This document shows, one piece after another, positions 46,638-55,036 of a DNA stretch of 64,000 nt. The DNA is from Acetivibrio sp. (GTDB lineage Bacteria > Bacillota > Clostridia > Acetivibrionales > Acetivibrionaceae). The notes under the pieces were generated by a model that saw nothing but the letters and a program-made list of their open reading frames with translations, did not search any database and was not told the origin of the DNA. The stretch lies in NCBI RefSeq assembly GCF_035371925.1, contig NZ_DAORXT010000002.1, positions 2,556 through 66,555 of the forward strand, read 5' to 3'. Every line of letters begins with the position of its first letter. Positions within the stretch are counted from its first letter, which is position 1. The translations under genes and the position numbers were made by a program.

Positions 46638-47459
46638 TTAGCCCAATAACTGAAGAACTCCCTGAGGAACCTGGTTGGCTTGAGCTAACATTGCTGTAGC
46701 AGCCTGATTGAGAATATTGTTCTTTGTAAAGTTCATCATTTCTTAAGCCATGTCTACGTCTCTAATTCTTGATTCAGATGCCTGCAGGTTCTCTGCTGCT
46801 GTATCAAGGTTCTTTATTGTATGCTCCAGCCTGTTCTGCTTAGCTCCAAGTTTTGCCCTTTCTGTTGATACTGTGTTGATTGCGTTATTAATTTTCGTAA
46901 TGGCCGATTGAGCATTTTTAGAATCGGTAACACTCAAAGCAGATATTGAAAGCTTTTCAGCTGTCATTGTTCCTATTGTTATAGACAAGGTCTCTCCACT
47001 ATTAGCACCTATTTGGATTGTAACTGCTTTTGAGCCTGTCAATCCACCGGCCAAAAGTGTTCTGGTGTTGAACTGGGTTTTCTGAGCTATTCTTGTTACT
47101 TCATTCGATAATTCCTTTATTTCAAGGGCTATAGCACTTCTGTCTTTTGATACGTTTGTATCGTTTGCAGCCTGTACTGCAAGCTCTCTCATTCTTTGGA
47201 GTATAGCGTGAGTTTCCTGCAATGCTCCTTCAGCAGTCTGTATCAACGAAATACCGTCCTGGGCATTTTTCGATGCCATCTGCAGACCTCTGATCTGCGC
47301 TCTCATCTTTTCGGAGATGGACAGACCTGCTGCATCGTCTCCGGCTCTGTTGATTCTGTATCCTGATGACAATTTTTCCAATGATTTTTCCTGTGCCGAT
47401 GCATTAACCTTTAACTGCCTGTGAGCGTTGTACGCCATAATGTTATTATTGATTCTCAT
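46638..47459 (-). pseudogene. flagellin, copy 3, interrupted by an in-frame TAA (46743-46745)
   Basis: 822-nt unit colinear with copy 2. Codon GCT-TAA-GAA where copies 1 and 2 have GCT-CAA-GAA (DMAQEMM). The last 34 codons and natural stop remain intact downstream. Confidence 0.8.
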
Positions 47460-47465
47460 AAATCA

Positions 47466-47498
47466 TTCCTCCTTGATTTGCGCTTTGGAATCCTTTCC
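47466..47498 (-). promoter_or_regulatory. putative CsrA-binding sites in flagellin-3 leader
   Basis: Minus strand GGAAAGGAUUCC hairpin plus SD-overlapping GGA. Confidence 0.45.
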
Positions 47499-47525
47499 TT
47501 TAAGCGTATTTGTTTTAAAAATATA

Positions 47526-47589
47526 TGTACAGATATGGCATTTTATCTATTTGGCGCCAACATAGATAAATTGCCATTATCTCTGTACA
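47526..47589. repeat. 64-nt near-perfect palindrome in the flagellin-3 leader
   Basis: TGTACAGATATGGCATTTTATCTAT (47526-47550) / ATAGATAAATTGCCATTATCTCTGTACA (47562-47589) around a TTGGCGCCAA centre. Confidence 0.85.
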
Positions 47590-47595
47590 TGATAT

Positions 47596-47623
47596 TTATC
47601 GGGTAAAATCAAACGATACTTTA
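47596..47623 (-). promoter_or_regulatory. sigma-D-type promoter of the flagellin array
   Basis: Minus strand TAAA-16 nt-CCCGATAA, about 135 nt upstream of the copy-3 ATG. Confidence 0.5.
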
Positions 47624-47684
47624 ATAAATTTAGCTTTTTTTTTATGGGAAATTTATGATTTATAATTAAGAAGACTTTGATTTT

Positions 47685-48827
47685 TTAGTAAACCATTAAA
47701 TTTTCTCTTAGTTCTCTCATTGTTACTTTTAAATTTGCCCCTGTTTTTATGTTTTGAAGATTGGTCTTAGGATCAAGATATTCTTTTCTCAAATCGGCTG
47801 CTTTATTAAACTTTCCAAGTGCTTCCTCAGTCCTTGACAAATAATGTAATACTACACCTAAACTATTGTACCCTTCTGCTCTGCAAGGGTCTATTTGAAG
47901 TGCTTCTTCATAATAGAATTTTGCCTTCAAATATTCATCTGTAAGACAATTCACATTTCCCAAATAAAAGTATTTTAAAAATTGAATTTTTCTATATTCA
48001 GCGGGGTCTAAAACCTGAATATTCTCCAAGGTGTTGCTCGCTTTATCGTACTCCTCGATTTTGATAAGAATTTTAGCCAAAAGTAAAAGCTTTTCAGGCT
48101 CCGGATAAGAAGATTTTTCTACTATGTCTTTTATTTTATCCGCTCCTAGATTTTTAAGCACTTTAATTTCCATTTCTTTATGTTTTTCTTCATTTTTGCT
48201 TAAGTTTGAATCGTGTCTTCTGTATTTATAGAGCACTTTGCGCAAGTATCCGAACCTAAATCTTTGTGCCAACTGAATGCTCATCCAATAATCTTCTGCA
48301 TATCTCATATCGGGAAGAAACCTGAAACTTTCAAAACATTTTCTCCTATATATGACACTTGGCATACAAGGAATAACTTGCCTGAAGAGAAGCTGTGCCA
48401 AAAAATCGTTCGGTGAAAGGTCCCCGTAGTCGCTTTTAAGTTCTTTAACCTTCTTGACGTAAGCATCGATTAGAAGAACATCATTATAAACGCAATCTAT
48501 ATCTTTATGCTGCTGTAAAAAGTCAACTTGCTCCTTTACTTTATCGGGTAAATACAAGTCATCGGCATCCAGCCATGCAATATACTCTCCTTTAGAGTAC
48601 TCCAATCCTGTATTTCTGGCCTCTGAAACGCCTTTATTTTCTTGGTAAATATATTTAAGTTCCGGATATCTTTTTACAATCTTGCCCGTCATGTCGGTCG
48701 AGCCGTCATCAACTACAATTATTTCTATGTTCGGGTAGGTTTGAATGAGAGCACTTTTTATACTAGACTCTATATACTTTTCACCGTTGTAGACACATAT
48801 GATTATAGAAACTAACCCTTTACTCAC
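47685..48827 (-). CDS. family 2 glycosyltransferase with C-terminal TPR repeats
   Basis: 380 aa from GTG; SIIICVYNGEKYIESSIKSALIQTYPNIEIIVVDDGSTD, DADD motif; TPR-like C-terminal half. Confidence 0.85.
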   Translation of the reverse strand: MSKGLVSIIICVYNGEKYIESSIKSALIQTYPNIEIIVVDDGSTDMTGKIVKRYPELKYIYQENKGVSEARNTGLEYSKGEYIAWLDADDLYLPDKVKEQVDFLQQHKDIDCVYNDVLLIDAYVKKVKELKSDYGDLSPNDFLAQLLFRQVIPCMPSVIYRRKCFESFRFLPDMRYAEDYWMSIQLAQRFRFGYLRKVLYKYRRHDSNLSKNEEKHKEMEIKVLKNLGADKIKDIVEKSSYPEPEKLLLLAKILIKIEEYDKASNTLENIQVLDPAEYRKIQFLKYFYLGNVNCLTDEYLKAKFYYEEALQIDPCRAEGYNSLGVVLHYLSRTEEALGKFNKAADLRKEYLDPKTNLQNIKTGANLKVTMRELRENLMVY

Positions 48828-48861
48828 TCTCCAACCTCCATGATTTTTTATGATATTTCAT

Positions 48862-48888
48862 TTGTCGGCTTTGGAATACAATTTTTTA
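48862..48888 (-). promoter_or_regulatory. possible sigma-D-like promoter for the GT2-TPR gene
   Basis: Minus strand TAAA-15 nt-GCCGACAA, about 35 nt upstream of the start. Confidence 0.35.
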
Positions 48889-48995
48889 ATATTTTTGAGA
48901 TGTTTTTTAGAGTAATTTTTCCGGAATTTCAATTATATAAAAACGTTCTGTGTTTCATTTAAATTGACAAATAAAAGCTCGGGACATCGAGTCCC

Positions 48996-49036
48996 TTCGC
49001 TTTTGCCCCTTTCATTTCATTCCAAGAGGCCAAATA
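48996..49036. repeat. 41-nt hairpin element, copy B (see 11427-11467)
   Basis: TTCGCTTTTGCCCCTTTCATTTCATTCCAAGAGGCCAAATA; two substitutions, both in the left stem arm. Confidence 0.7.
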
Positions 49037-49060
49037 AAAAAAGTGGTTCCGTCACCACTT
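49034..49060 (-). terminator. rho-independent terminator after csrA
   Basis: Minus strand AAGUGGUgacggaACCACUU followed by UUUUUUA. Confidence 0.6.
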
Positions 49061-49087
49061 CGTCAAGGCTGCATTCAATTGTAATTA

Positions 49088-49309
49088 CTATTTTAGCAAA
49101 TCCTTTAAGTCCACATTCTTAACTTCTGCCGCCTTTTTGTTTTCAGCTTGTATTTCCAGGAATATCTCCTTCCTGTAAATAGATACACTCTTAGGTGCGT
49201 TAATGCCGATACGCACCTGCTCCCCTTGAACATCAACAATAGTAATTTCAATGTTGTCATTAATAATTATGGATTCATTTTTCTTTCTTGTCAGAACAAG
49301 CACCTGCAT
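49088..49309 (-). CDS. csrA: carbon storage regulator CsrA
   Basis: 73 aa; [47 protein letters not shown]. Confidence 0.92.
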   Translation of the reverse strand: MQVLVLTRKKNESIIINDNIEITIVDVQGEQVRIGINAPKSVSIYRKEIFLEIQAENKKAAEVKNVDLKDLLK

Positions 49310-49754
49310 TTACCTCCTGTCTCCGGAGCTCTTCTACTATATAGTGTCTCACACTATATCTATCTGTGTCAAGGACAACTTGCATTCCTTTGTTATTTTT
49401 TGTGTTTATAATGACAGGAGCCTTCAAATTCATAGTCATTTTTGAAATATCCTCCGGAACAACAACTATCGAAAGTACCATCACATCTTCAATTTTCTCA
49501 ATATCGAGACCTTCAACAGCCTCCCCGGGTATTTCAATATCATAATCCTTTAAAATAAGGAAAGGATTTACCACTGCAAAAGCAAGCTGTCCGTCGTCAA
49601 CATTCTGAAGCCACCTAAAAGGTGAAGTTTCATCTCCGTCATACAACACCACATACCGTTTCAAGTTTTCAAATCCCGGTATCCCATCCTTAAAATCGAT
49701 AATTTTAGTCTCATCAATGTTTATTTCCCCAAAGTGTTTGGTTTTAAGAAGCAT
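49275..49754 (-). CDS. fliW: flagellar assembly factor FliW
   Basis: 159 aa; [17 protein letters not shown] and [21 protein letters not shown]; overlaps csrA start by 35 nt. Confidence 0.9.
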   Translation of the reverse strand: MLLKTKHFGEINIDETKIIDFKDGIPGFENLKRYVVLYDGDETSPFRWLQNVDDGQLAFAVVNPFLILKDYDIEIPGEAVEGLDIEKIEDVMVLSIVVVPEDISKMTMNLKAPVIINTKNNKGMQVVLDTDRYSVRHYIVEELRRQEVNAGACSDKKEK

Positions 49755-49782
49755 TTTATCTCCTCCACATTTAATTTACAGT

Positions 49783-50361
49783 TTACACATATGCGTCAAT
49801 TTTATTCTCAACATAATCGATTTTAATTGAAGCATATTGTTCCAAGTATATTTTTACTTTTTCAGGAATATAATTCAAATTAAAACTTGCGGGAATAAAG
49901 GTTCCTTCAACACCATTATGAATAACTTTCCAGTAATCTTGCGGAAAATTAATCTCCTGCCCTCCGGTCACACTGACTTTAGGACTCGCTTTTGGAATGG
50001 CCTCAATGTTGAACTCCCGCATATTGTAAGAATCCCTCTTTGCAAGCTGGGGAATTAAGTTTCCTCCGTTTTCAATAGCAGCCAGGGCATCACCGTCGTC
50101 AGCTAATTTCCCGATGTATTTCAATGCATTCCCTTTTCCTTTTTGAGCTAATTCTCTGGCCAAATCAAGATGGTTTTTAAGCCCTGCACTTGCAAAAGCC
50201 TCATACTGGTCAATCTCCACTTTGGGAAGCTCTGTTTCTATTTGAACTTTCGCATGATTCTGGTGAAGCTTGAGCCGCGCGTCCCGCGCTTCAATATCAA
50301 GTTTTGAATAAGTTCTGTCAATACCGATTCTGGCATGGGTTTGAGTTATAATGATACCCAT
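49783..50361 (-). CDS. YviE-like protein (DUF6470-type) of the late flagellar operon
   Basis: 192 aa; sits between flgL and fliW as yviE does in B. subtilis. Confidence 0.65.
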   Translation of the reverse strand: MGIIITQTHARIGIDRTYSKLDIEARDARLKLHQNHAKVQIETELPKVEIDQYEAFASAGLKNHLDLARELAQKGKGNALKYIGKLADDGDALAAIENGGNLIPQLAKRDSYNMREFNIEAIPKASPKVSVTGGQEINFPQDYWKVIHNGVEGTFIPASFNLNYIPEKVKIYLEQYASIKIDYVENKIDAYV

Positions 50362-50406
50362 ATTACCACCTACTTTAAATCAATATTAATCAAGTATTAC
50401 ACAGAC

Positions 50407-51315
50407 TTATTTCAAAAAGTCAACAAGGGATGTTTGTATTATTCTGGCTCCGCCGGACAATGATGCCCTGTAAACATTTTCCTCTGTCTTTAGAAGCAAA
50501 ATGTTTTCAGCCTGGTCCACATCCTCATTTTCACTCATAAGTTTTGTAAAATTGAGGCAATCTATATCAAGTCTGTCGGCAGTCAACTCAAGTCGATTGT
50601 ACCTGGCACCGATATCTGCCCTTATCCGAAGTACGTGATTTAGATTTTCATCAATTTTTGCTATTGCATCGCTTATCTGAGAATGGTCTCCTAAATCCAA
50701 TGCATTTATATAATCATCAAAGTCCGAAATAAGCTTGCCCTTTGTACCTGCACCGGCAGCAGCTCCGCCATTAAACAGGTCTCCGCCCGTTACATTTACA
50801 TTTATGCTGTCACTGATACCTATCTGAAAAATTATTGCTTCGCTGTTGTTTACATTAATATTGAAAAACCCGTTATCATCCATAAGCTTGGTATCTGTTT
50901 TAAAACCGGAAAATACGTACCTTCCGGCATATGTGGAATTTGACAGTTTGATCAACTGGTTTTTCAGCTGCTCCACTTCCTGGCGTATTTTTTTCGTATC
51001 TTCCTCAGTGGCAGTACCGCTGCTTGCCTGCACAGCAAGCTCCCTTGCTCTTTGCAATATGTCCCCCACATTGGTTATTGCCGACTCGGTAATTTCCAGC
51101 CAGGACAATGCATCCTCCACATTTGTTTTATATTGTTCTATCTGGGCCACATCGGTACGAAGCTTTAATGCTCTGGCTGCAACAACAGGGTCGTCCGAGG
51201 GCACAGTAATTTTCTTTCCGGTAGCCAGCATCTGTTGATACTTGTCCATTCTGGCCAGGTTTTTACCGATATTGTTAATCATATTGTTTACAATCATATT
51301 ATTGGTTATTCTCAT
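50407..51315 (-). CDS. flgL: flagellar hook-associated protein 3 FlgL
   Basis: 302 aa; MRITNNMIVNNMINNIGKNLARMDKYQQMLATGKKITVPSDDPV. Confidence 0.9.
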   Translation of the reverse strand: MRITNNMIVNNMINNIGKNLARMDKYQQMLATGKKITVPSDDPVVAARALKLRTDVAQIEQYKTNVEDALSWLEITESAITNVGDILQRARELAVQASSGTATEEDTKKIRQEVEQLKNQLIKLSNSTYAGRYVFSGFKTDTKLMDDNGFFNINVNNSEAIIFQIGISDSINVNVTGGDLFNGGAAAGAGTKGKLISDFDDYINALDLGDHSQISDAIAKIDENLNHVLRIRADIGARYNRLELTADRLDIDCLNFTKLMSENEDVDQAENILLLKTEENVYRASLSGGARIIQTSLVDFLK

Positions 51316-51355
51316 ATTACCCCTCCATCACTGCATGGATTAAATAACGTTAATT

Positions 51356-52915
51356 CTATAGTCCTACCCTGTTTATCAGTATGTCGTAAACTTCCGACAT
51401 TGTATTAATCATTTGTGCAGCTGCCGAATAAGCCTGATAATGCTTTACCAGACTTGCCACTTCCTCATCCAAAGATACTCCGGAGTCGGACATTCTCTGA
51501 TTTTCAACCTGCTCAATCATATTTCTGTGAATTGACGAGAGCCTTATACTCTGTTGGGAGTCTATCGCAAGGGTAGTAATTATAGACTTCATAAAGTCCT
51601 CCGGCGCACCCTCTTTAAACATATGGACATTATTTCTCATAATCAAAATACTATTTATATTCCCTATATTTCCGACTTCGTTCAAAGTATCGGAAGTTGC
51701 AATATTTCTGGGATTATCCAGAATGTCACTGCTTACGGCAAAGTTTTTGGCAGTTAGCATTTCGTAAGCGGCATCAATGTCGCCGGAAGCCATGAAATCT
51801 GCACTGGATATGGATTTGTTTTCCGTTCCCAGCATGGTGAAAAACCTTATTCCGGTATTTCCGTTGGTACCGTATCCATCCACATGGCCTGCCACCTTGT
51901 CGCTTCCCACTATTCCTTCATTAAATGCCTTTGCAAAAGTCCTGACAAACTCATTGAGCTTCCTTATGTAATAAGGTATGCCTTTATACTGAGGACTTCC
52001 GTTTTCTCCATCGTTTCCATCCCTTACATCAATTAGTCCCTTCAGCTCTCCGCCTCTTATACTAAGGCTGTTGCCGTCTTCCCACACAACTTCGTAAAGA
52101 TTGGGAATGTCCTCATCTTTATTCAGTTTGTTTGCCCTTTGTTTTATGTCAAGCTTATTTACATCAAAATTGTCGACAAAAGCCTTTCCGCTTATTGTAA
52201 TCACCATACGCTTGTCATCTTTGCCATTGGGGAGCTTACCCACCACTACTTCGTTGACATCTATGTTTACAAGCTTTGAAAGCTCATCAATCAAAAGCGT
52301 CCTTTTGTCCCTTAAGTCATTTGCCGTATTTCCGTCCAGCTCGGCAGTGTATATCTGCTTGTTTAGCTGAGCTATCTGGGCCCCCAGGGAGTTTATATCC
52401 GTAACAACAGTCTTTATCTGGTTGTTTATGTCAAACTGAAGTTCTTCAAAGTGAGATGCAATGTTGTTGAAGTAGCGGGCAAAGGTTACTCCCTGTTCTT
52501 TTACCAAAGCCCTTATCGCATCGTTGCTGGGATCCTTTGCAAGCTCCTGAAGGGAATTGTAAAAGTCGTTGATCACAGCATTAAAGCCACTGTCGGACGG
52601 TTCATTAAATGTAACCTCCATATCGGCAAGAAGGGCCTTTTTGGCACTCCATTCACCGTAAGAAACGTTTTCGCTCCAATACTTGTAATCCAAGTATTCA
52701 TCCCTGATTCTTTCGATGGCAAGTACTTCCGAACCCGTACCCAACATTCCTGTTCCGTTAAAGAGCGACATGGGATTTGAGGCCGACTGAATCGCCACCT
52801 GCCGGGAGTATCCTGGCGTGTTTACGTTATTAATATTGTGATTTATTACATCCATATTCCTTTGAGCTGTGAATAATCCTTTTACTGCTACATTAAATCC
52901 GAAGAAACTACTCAT
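51356..52915 (-). CDS. flagellar hook-associated protein 1 FlgK, distal paralog
   Basis: 519 aa; N-terminal INHNINNVNTPGYSRQ rod/hook motif, C-terminal SLDEEVASLVKHYQAYSAAAQ. Confidence 0.85.
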   Translation of the reverse strand: MSSFFGFNVAVKGLFTAQRNMDVINHNINNVNTPGYSRQVAIQSASNPMSLFNGTGMLGTGSEVLAIERIRDEYLDYKYWSENVSYGEWSAKKALLADMEVTFNEPSDSGFNAVINDFYNSLQELAKDPSNDAIRALVKEQGVTFARYFNNIASHFEELQFDINNQIKTVVTDINSLGAQIAQLNKQIYTAELDGNTANDLRDKRTLLIDELSKLVNIDVNEVVVGKLPNGKDDKRMVITISGKAFVDNFDVNKLDIKQRANKLNKDEDIPNLYEVVWEDGNSLSIRGGELKGLIDVRDGNDGENGSPQYKGIPYYIRKLNEFVRTFAKAFNEGIVGSDKVAGHVDGYGTNGNTGIRFFTMLGTENKSISSADFMASGDIDAAYEMLTAKNFAVSSDILDNPRNIATSDTLNEVGNIGNINSILIMRNNVHMFKEGAPEDFMKSIITTLAIDSQQSIRLSSIHRNMIEQVENQRMSDSGVSLDEEVASLVKHYQAYSAAAQMINTMSEVYDILINRVGL

Positions 52916-52921
52916 CTCTTA

Positions 52922-54391
52922 TCACCTGCCTACTAATCCCATTCTTAAAATAATTGTCTCCAACATATCATCTATAACGTTTATCGTCCTCGATGAAGCA
53001 CTGTAAGCAAATTTGTATTTCATCATATTGGACATTTCCTCATCCATGGAAACTCCCATAATTGACTGCCTTTGCGACTCGGCCGAATTCACCAGAATCC
53101 TCTGGTTTTCAGCTGTTTTTTTCGCCTCGGAACCTCCGGTACCCACAATAAGTATTATGGTCTGATAATAGTCATCCATGCTCACAACACCGCTTGTATC
53201 GGTAATTACCCGGGCATCCCTCAAATTTGCAATGGCTAAGGCAATAGTATTGTCGCCGCTGTCACCGCTTTTGGATGCAACAATATTGTCAAGGTCCGCA
53301 AGGTTGTCATTCAGCTTGATATTTCCCATTTCCAACGGATATGCAGGATTTATCGCTACAAAGAAATCCTCTCCGTCGGAAGGCGGATTCCCCAGAGTCT
53401 TACCGCTTTTATGGAGATTGTTCACCTGGGTCACCAATGAATTAACAAGCACGTTAAGCCGCATTTTCAAGTCAGATACTATATTTACCGAACTTGCAAC
53501 GGGATTTGCAGAAGGATCCGCAATACCTTCAATTGAACCCGAAACATCTCCTCTTGACTCTAAAAGTCCTTTAAGAACGCCGCTTTTTACAGGAACCTCT
53601 ATATCCTCTCCCTCAATTTTGGGGACATAGAACATCTTGTTGGTATCGCTCTTTCCGGCAACGAGATTTATTTGCTCTCCCTTTGTTACCAGAATAAATC
53701 CTCCAAGGGTTACCTGTACATCACCATTCTGCATTTCGGTAAATTCAAAATTTGCAAGCTTCGACAGCTCATCTAAAAGCAAATTCCTCTGGTCGCGGTA
53801 GTCATTTGCGTTATCCCCGCAAATTTCTTCCTTCATTATTTTAACGTTCAAATCCGCTATTTGCTCCGTTATGCCGTTTATCTGCTTTATGGTAAGCATA
53901 ATCTGTTTGTTAAGGTCCTCTTGCAACTTGTCCAGTTGTTCACCCAAATGATTTATTTGATGCACTAAAGCTTCCGCCCTCTGTCTTACCAAAGCCCTTA
54001 TGGTAAGACTGTCCGGTTCCTTTGAAAGCTCCTGCCATGAGTTCCAAAACTGGTTTAAAACGTTTTGCAGTCCGTCTCCCATCGGATCGCCAAGAATGGT
54101 CTGGACCTCCTGAAAGGTTTTGCTTCTTGTCTCCCAGTACCCAAAGCTTGTATTTTCATTTCTATAAATGTTGTCCAAAAAGATGTGCCTTATCTGTCTC
54201 GTTTCTTCAATGCTTGCACCAAGCCCAATCTGATAGTTTATATAGTTTTGATACGGACCTGTGGTAATCATAGCCTGCTGGCGCGCATAGCCTTTTGTAT
54301 TTACATTGGAAATATTGTGCCCGGTTACAGACAAAGCGCGCTCATTAACATACATTCCGGATCTTGCAATCTCCAAACCTGAGAAACCCAA
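52922..54391 (-). CDS. flgK: flagellar hook-associated protein 1 FlgK, proximal paralog
   Basis: 489 aa from TTG (GGAGG 8 nt upstream); TGHNISNVNTKGYARQ, C-terminal SMDEEMSNMMKYKFAYSASS. Confidence 0.85.
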   Translation of the reverse strand: MGFSGLEIARSGMYVNERALSVTGHNISNVNTKGYARQQAMITTGPYQNYINYQIGLGASIEETRQIRHIFLDNIYRNENTSFGYWETRSKTFQEVQTILGDPMGDGLQNVLNQFWNSWQELSKEPDSLTIRALVRQRAEALVHQINHLGEQLDKLQEDLNKQIMLTIKQINGITEQIADLNVKIMKEEICGDNANDYRDQRNLLLDELSKLANFEFTEMQNGDVQVTLGGFILVTKGEQINLVAGKSDTNKMFYVPKIEGEDIEVPVKSGVLKGLLESRGDVSGSIEGIADPSANPVASSVNIVSDLKMRLNVLVNSLVTQVNNLHKSGKTLGNPPSDGEDFFVAINPAYPLEMGNIKLNDNLADLDNIVASKSGDSGDNTIALAIANLRDARVITDTSGVVSMDDYYQTIILIVGTGGSEAKKTAENQRILVNSAESQRQSIMGVSMDEEMSNMMKYKFAYSASSRTINVIDDMLETIILRMGLVGR

Positions 54392-54410
54392 ATATACCGC
54401 CTCCAGACGC

Positions 54411-54911
54411 TTACAGTTTTATATCAAAATAGTTTTTTTTCTTGCCGTCGTTTATTTGACCCTCTTTGCTGTAATTGTTTCCTTGTGCATTAATACTGGT
54501 CAAAATATTTATCGAAAAATCTATGAAATCAATTGAGTTTTTTATTAATTTGGAATTAATTTCATTGATATCCCTAATTTCCTCAATGATTGAAGACATA
54601 TGTTTTTTATAGTCCCTGAGCCTTTCTGCCTGATTTTCGTCCACATGTTTCTCCAATTCCGACATTGTTATCTCCGAAGGATTGATTCCAATAGCGTCCG
54701 ATATTTCTGAAACAATGTTTTCCCTCGACTCTTCCAGCTTTCCAATTTTAAATATCAGGGATTGCTCTAGATTTGTGATACTCTCAAGTTCGCTTACTTT
54801 CCCTTTTACAATAACATCGGTTTTATTCTTTGAAATTTCAAGAATATCTTCATAAATTTTTGATTCCTGAGAAAGTACATCCATTAAATCATTTATCAAC
54901 CGGTTGTTCAT
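54411..54911 (-). CDS. flgN: FlgN-family flagellar chaperone
   Basis: 166 aa helical; LINDLMDVLSQESKIYEDILEISKNK; sits between flgM and flgK. Confidence 0.75.
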   Translation of the reverse strand: MNNRLINDLMDVLSQESKIYEDILEISKNKTDVIVKGKVSELESITNLEQSLIFKIGKLEESRENIVSEISDAIGINPSEITMSELEKHVDENQAERLRDYKKHMSSIIEEIRDINEINSKLIKNSIDFIDFSINILTSINAQGNNYSKEGQINDGKKKNYFDIKL

Positions 54912-55036
54912 ATTCCAAACACCCCTCTGTATCTCATTGAATTCATCCTTTCTAAAAATACCCTGAATAAAATTTATTGCGGGACAACTCGGAACTCCTT
55001 TCCTATATCACCCCGCAAACACAAATCATCCTAAGC

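Noticed and set aside
54940-55036. Hairpin TGCGGG...CCCGCA between flgM and flgN, considered as a terminator
   Set aside because: It has a large irregular loop and only a weak U-run. flgM-flgN-flgK are expected to be co-transcribed, so at most it is a partial attenuator.
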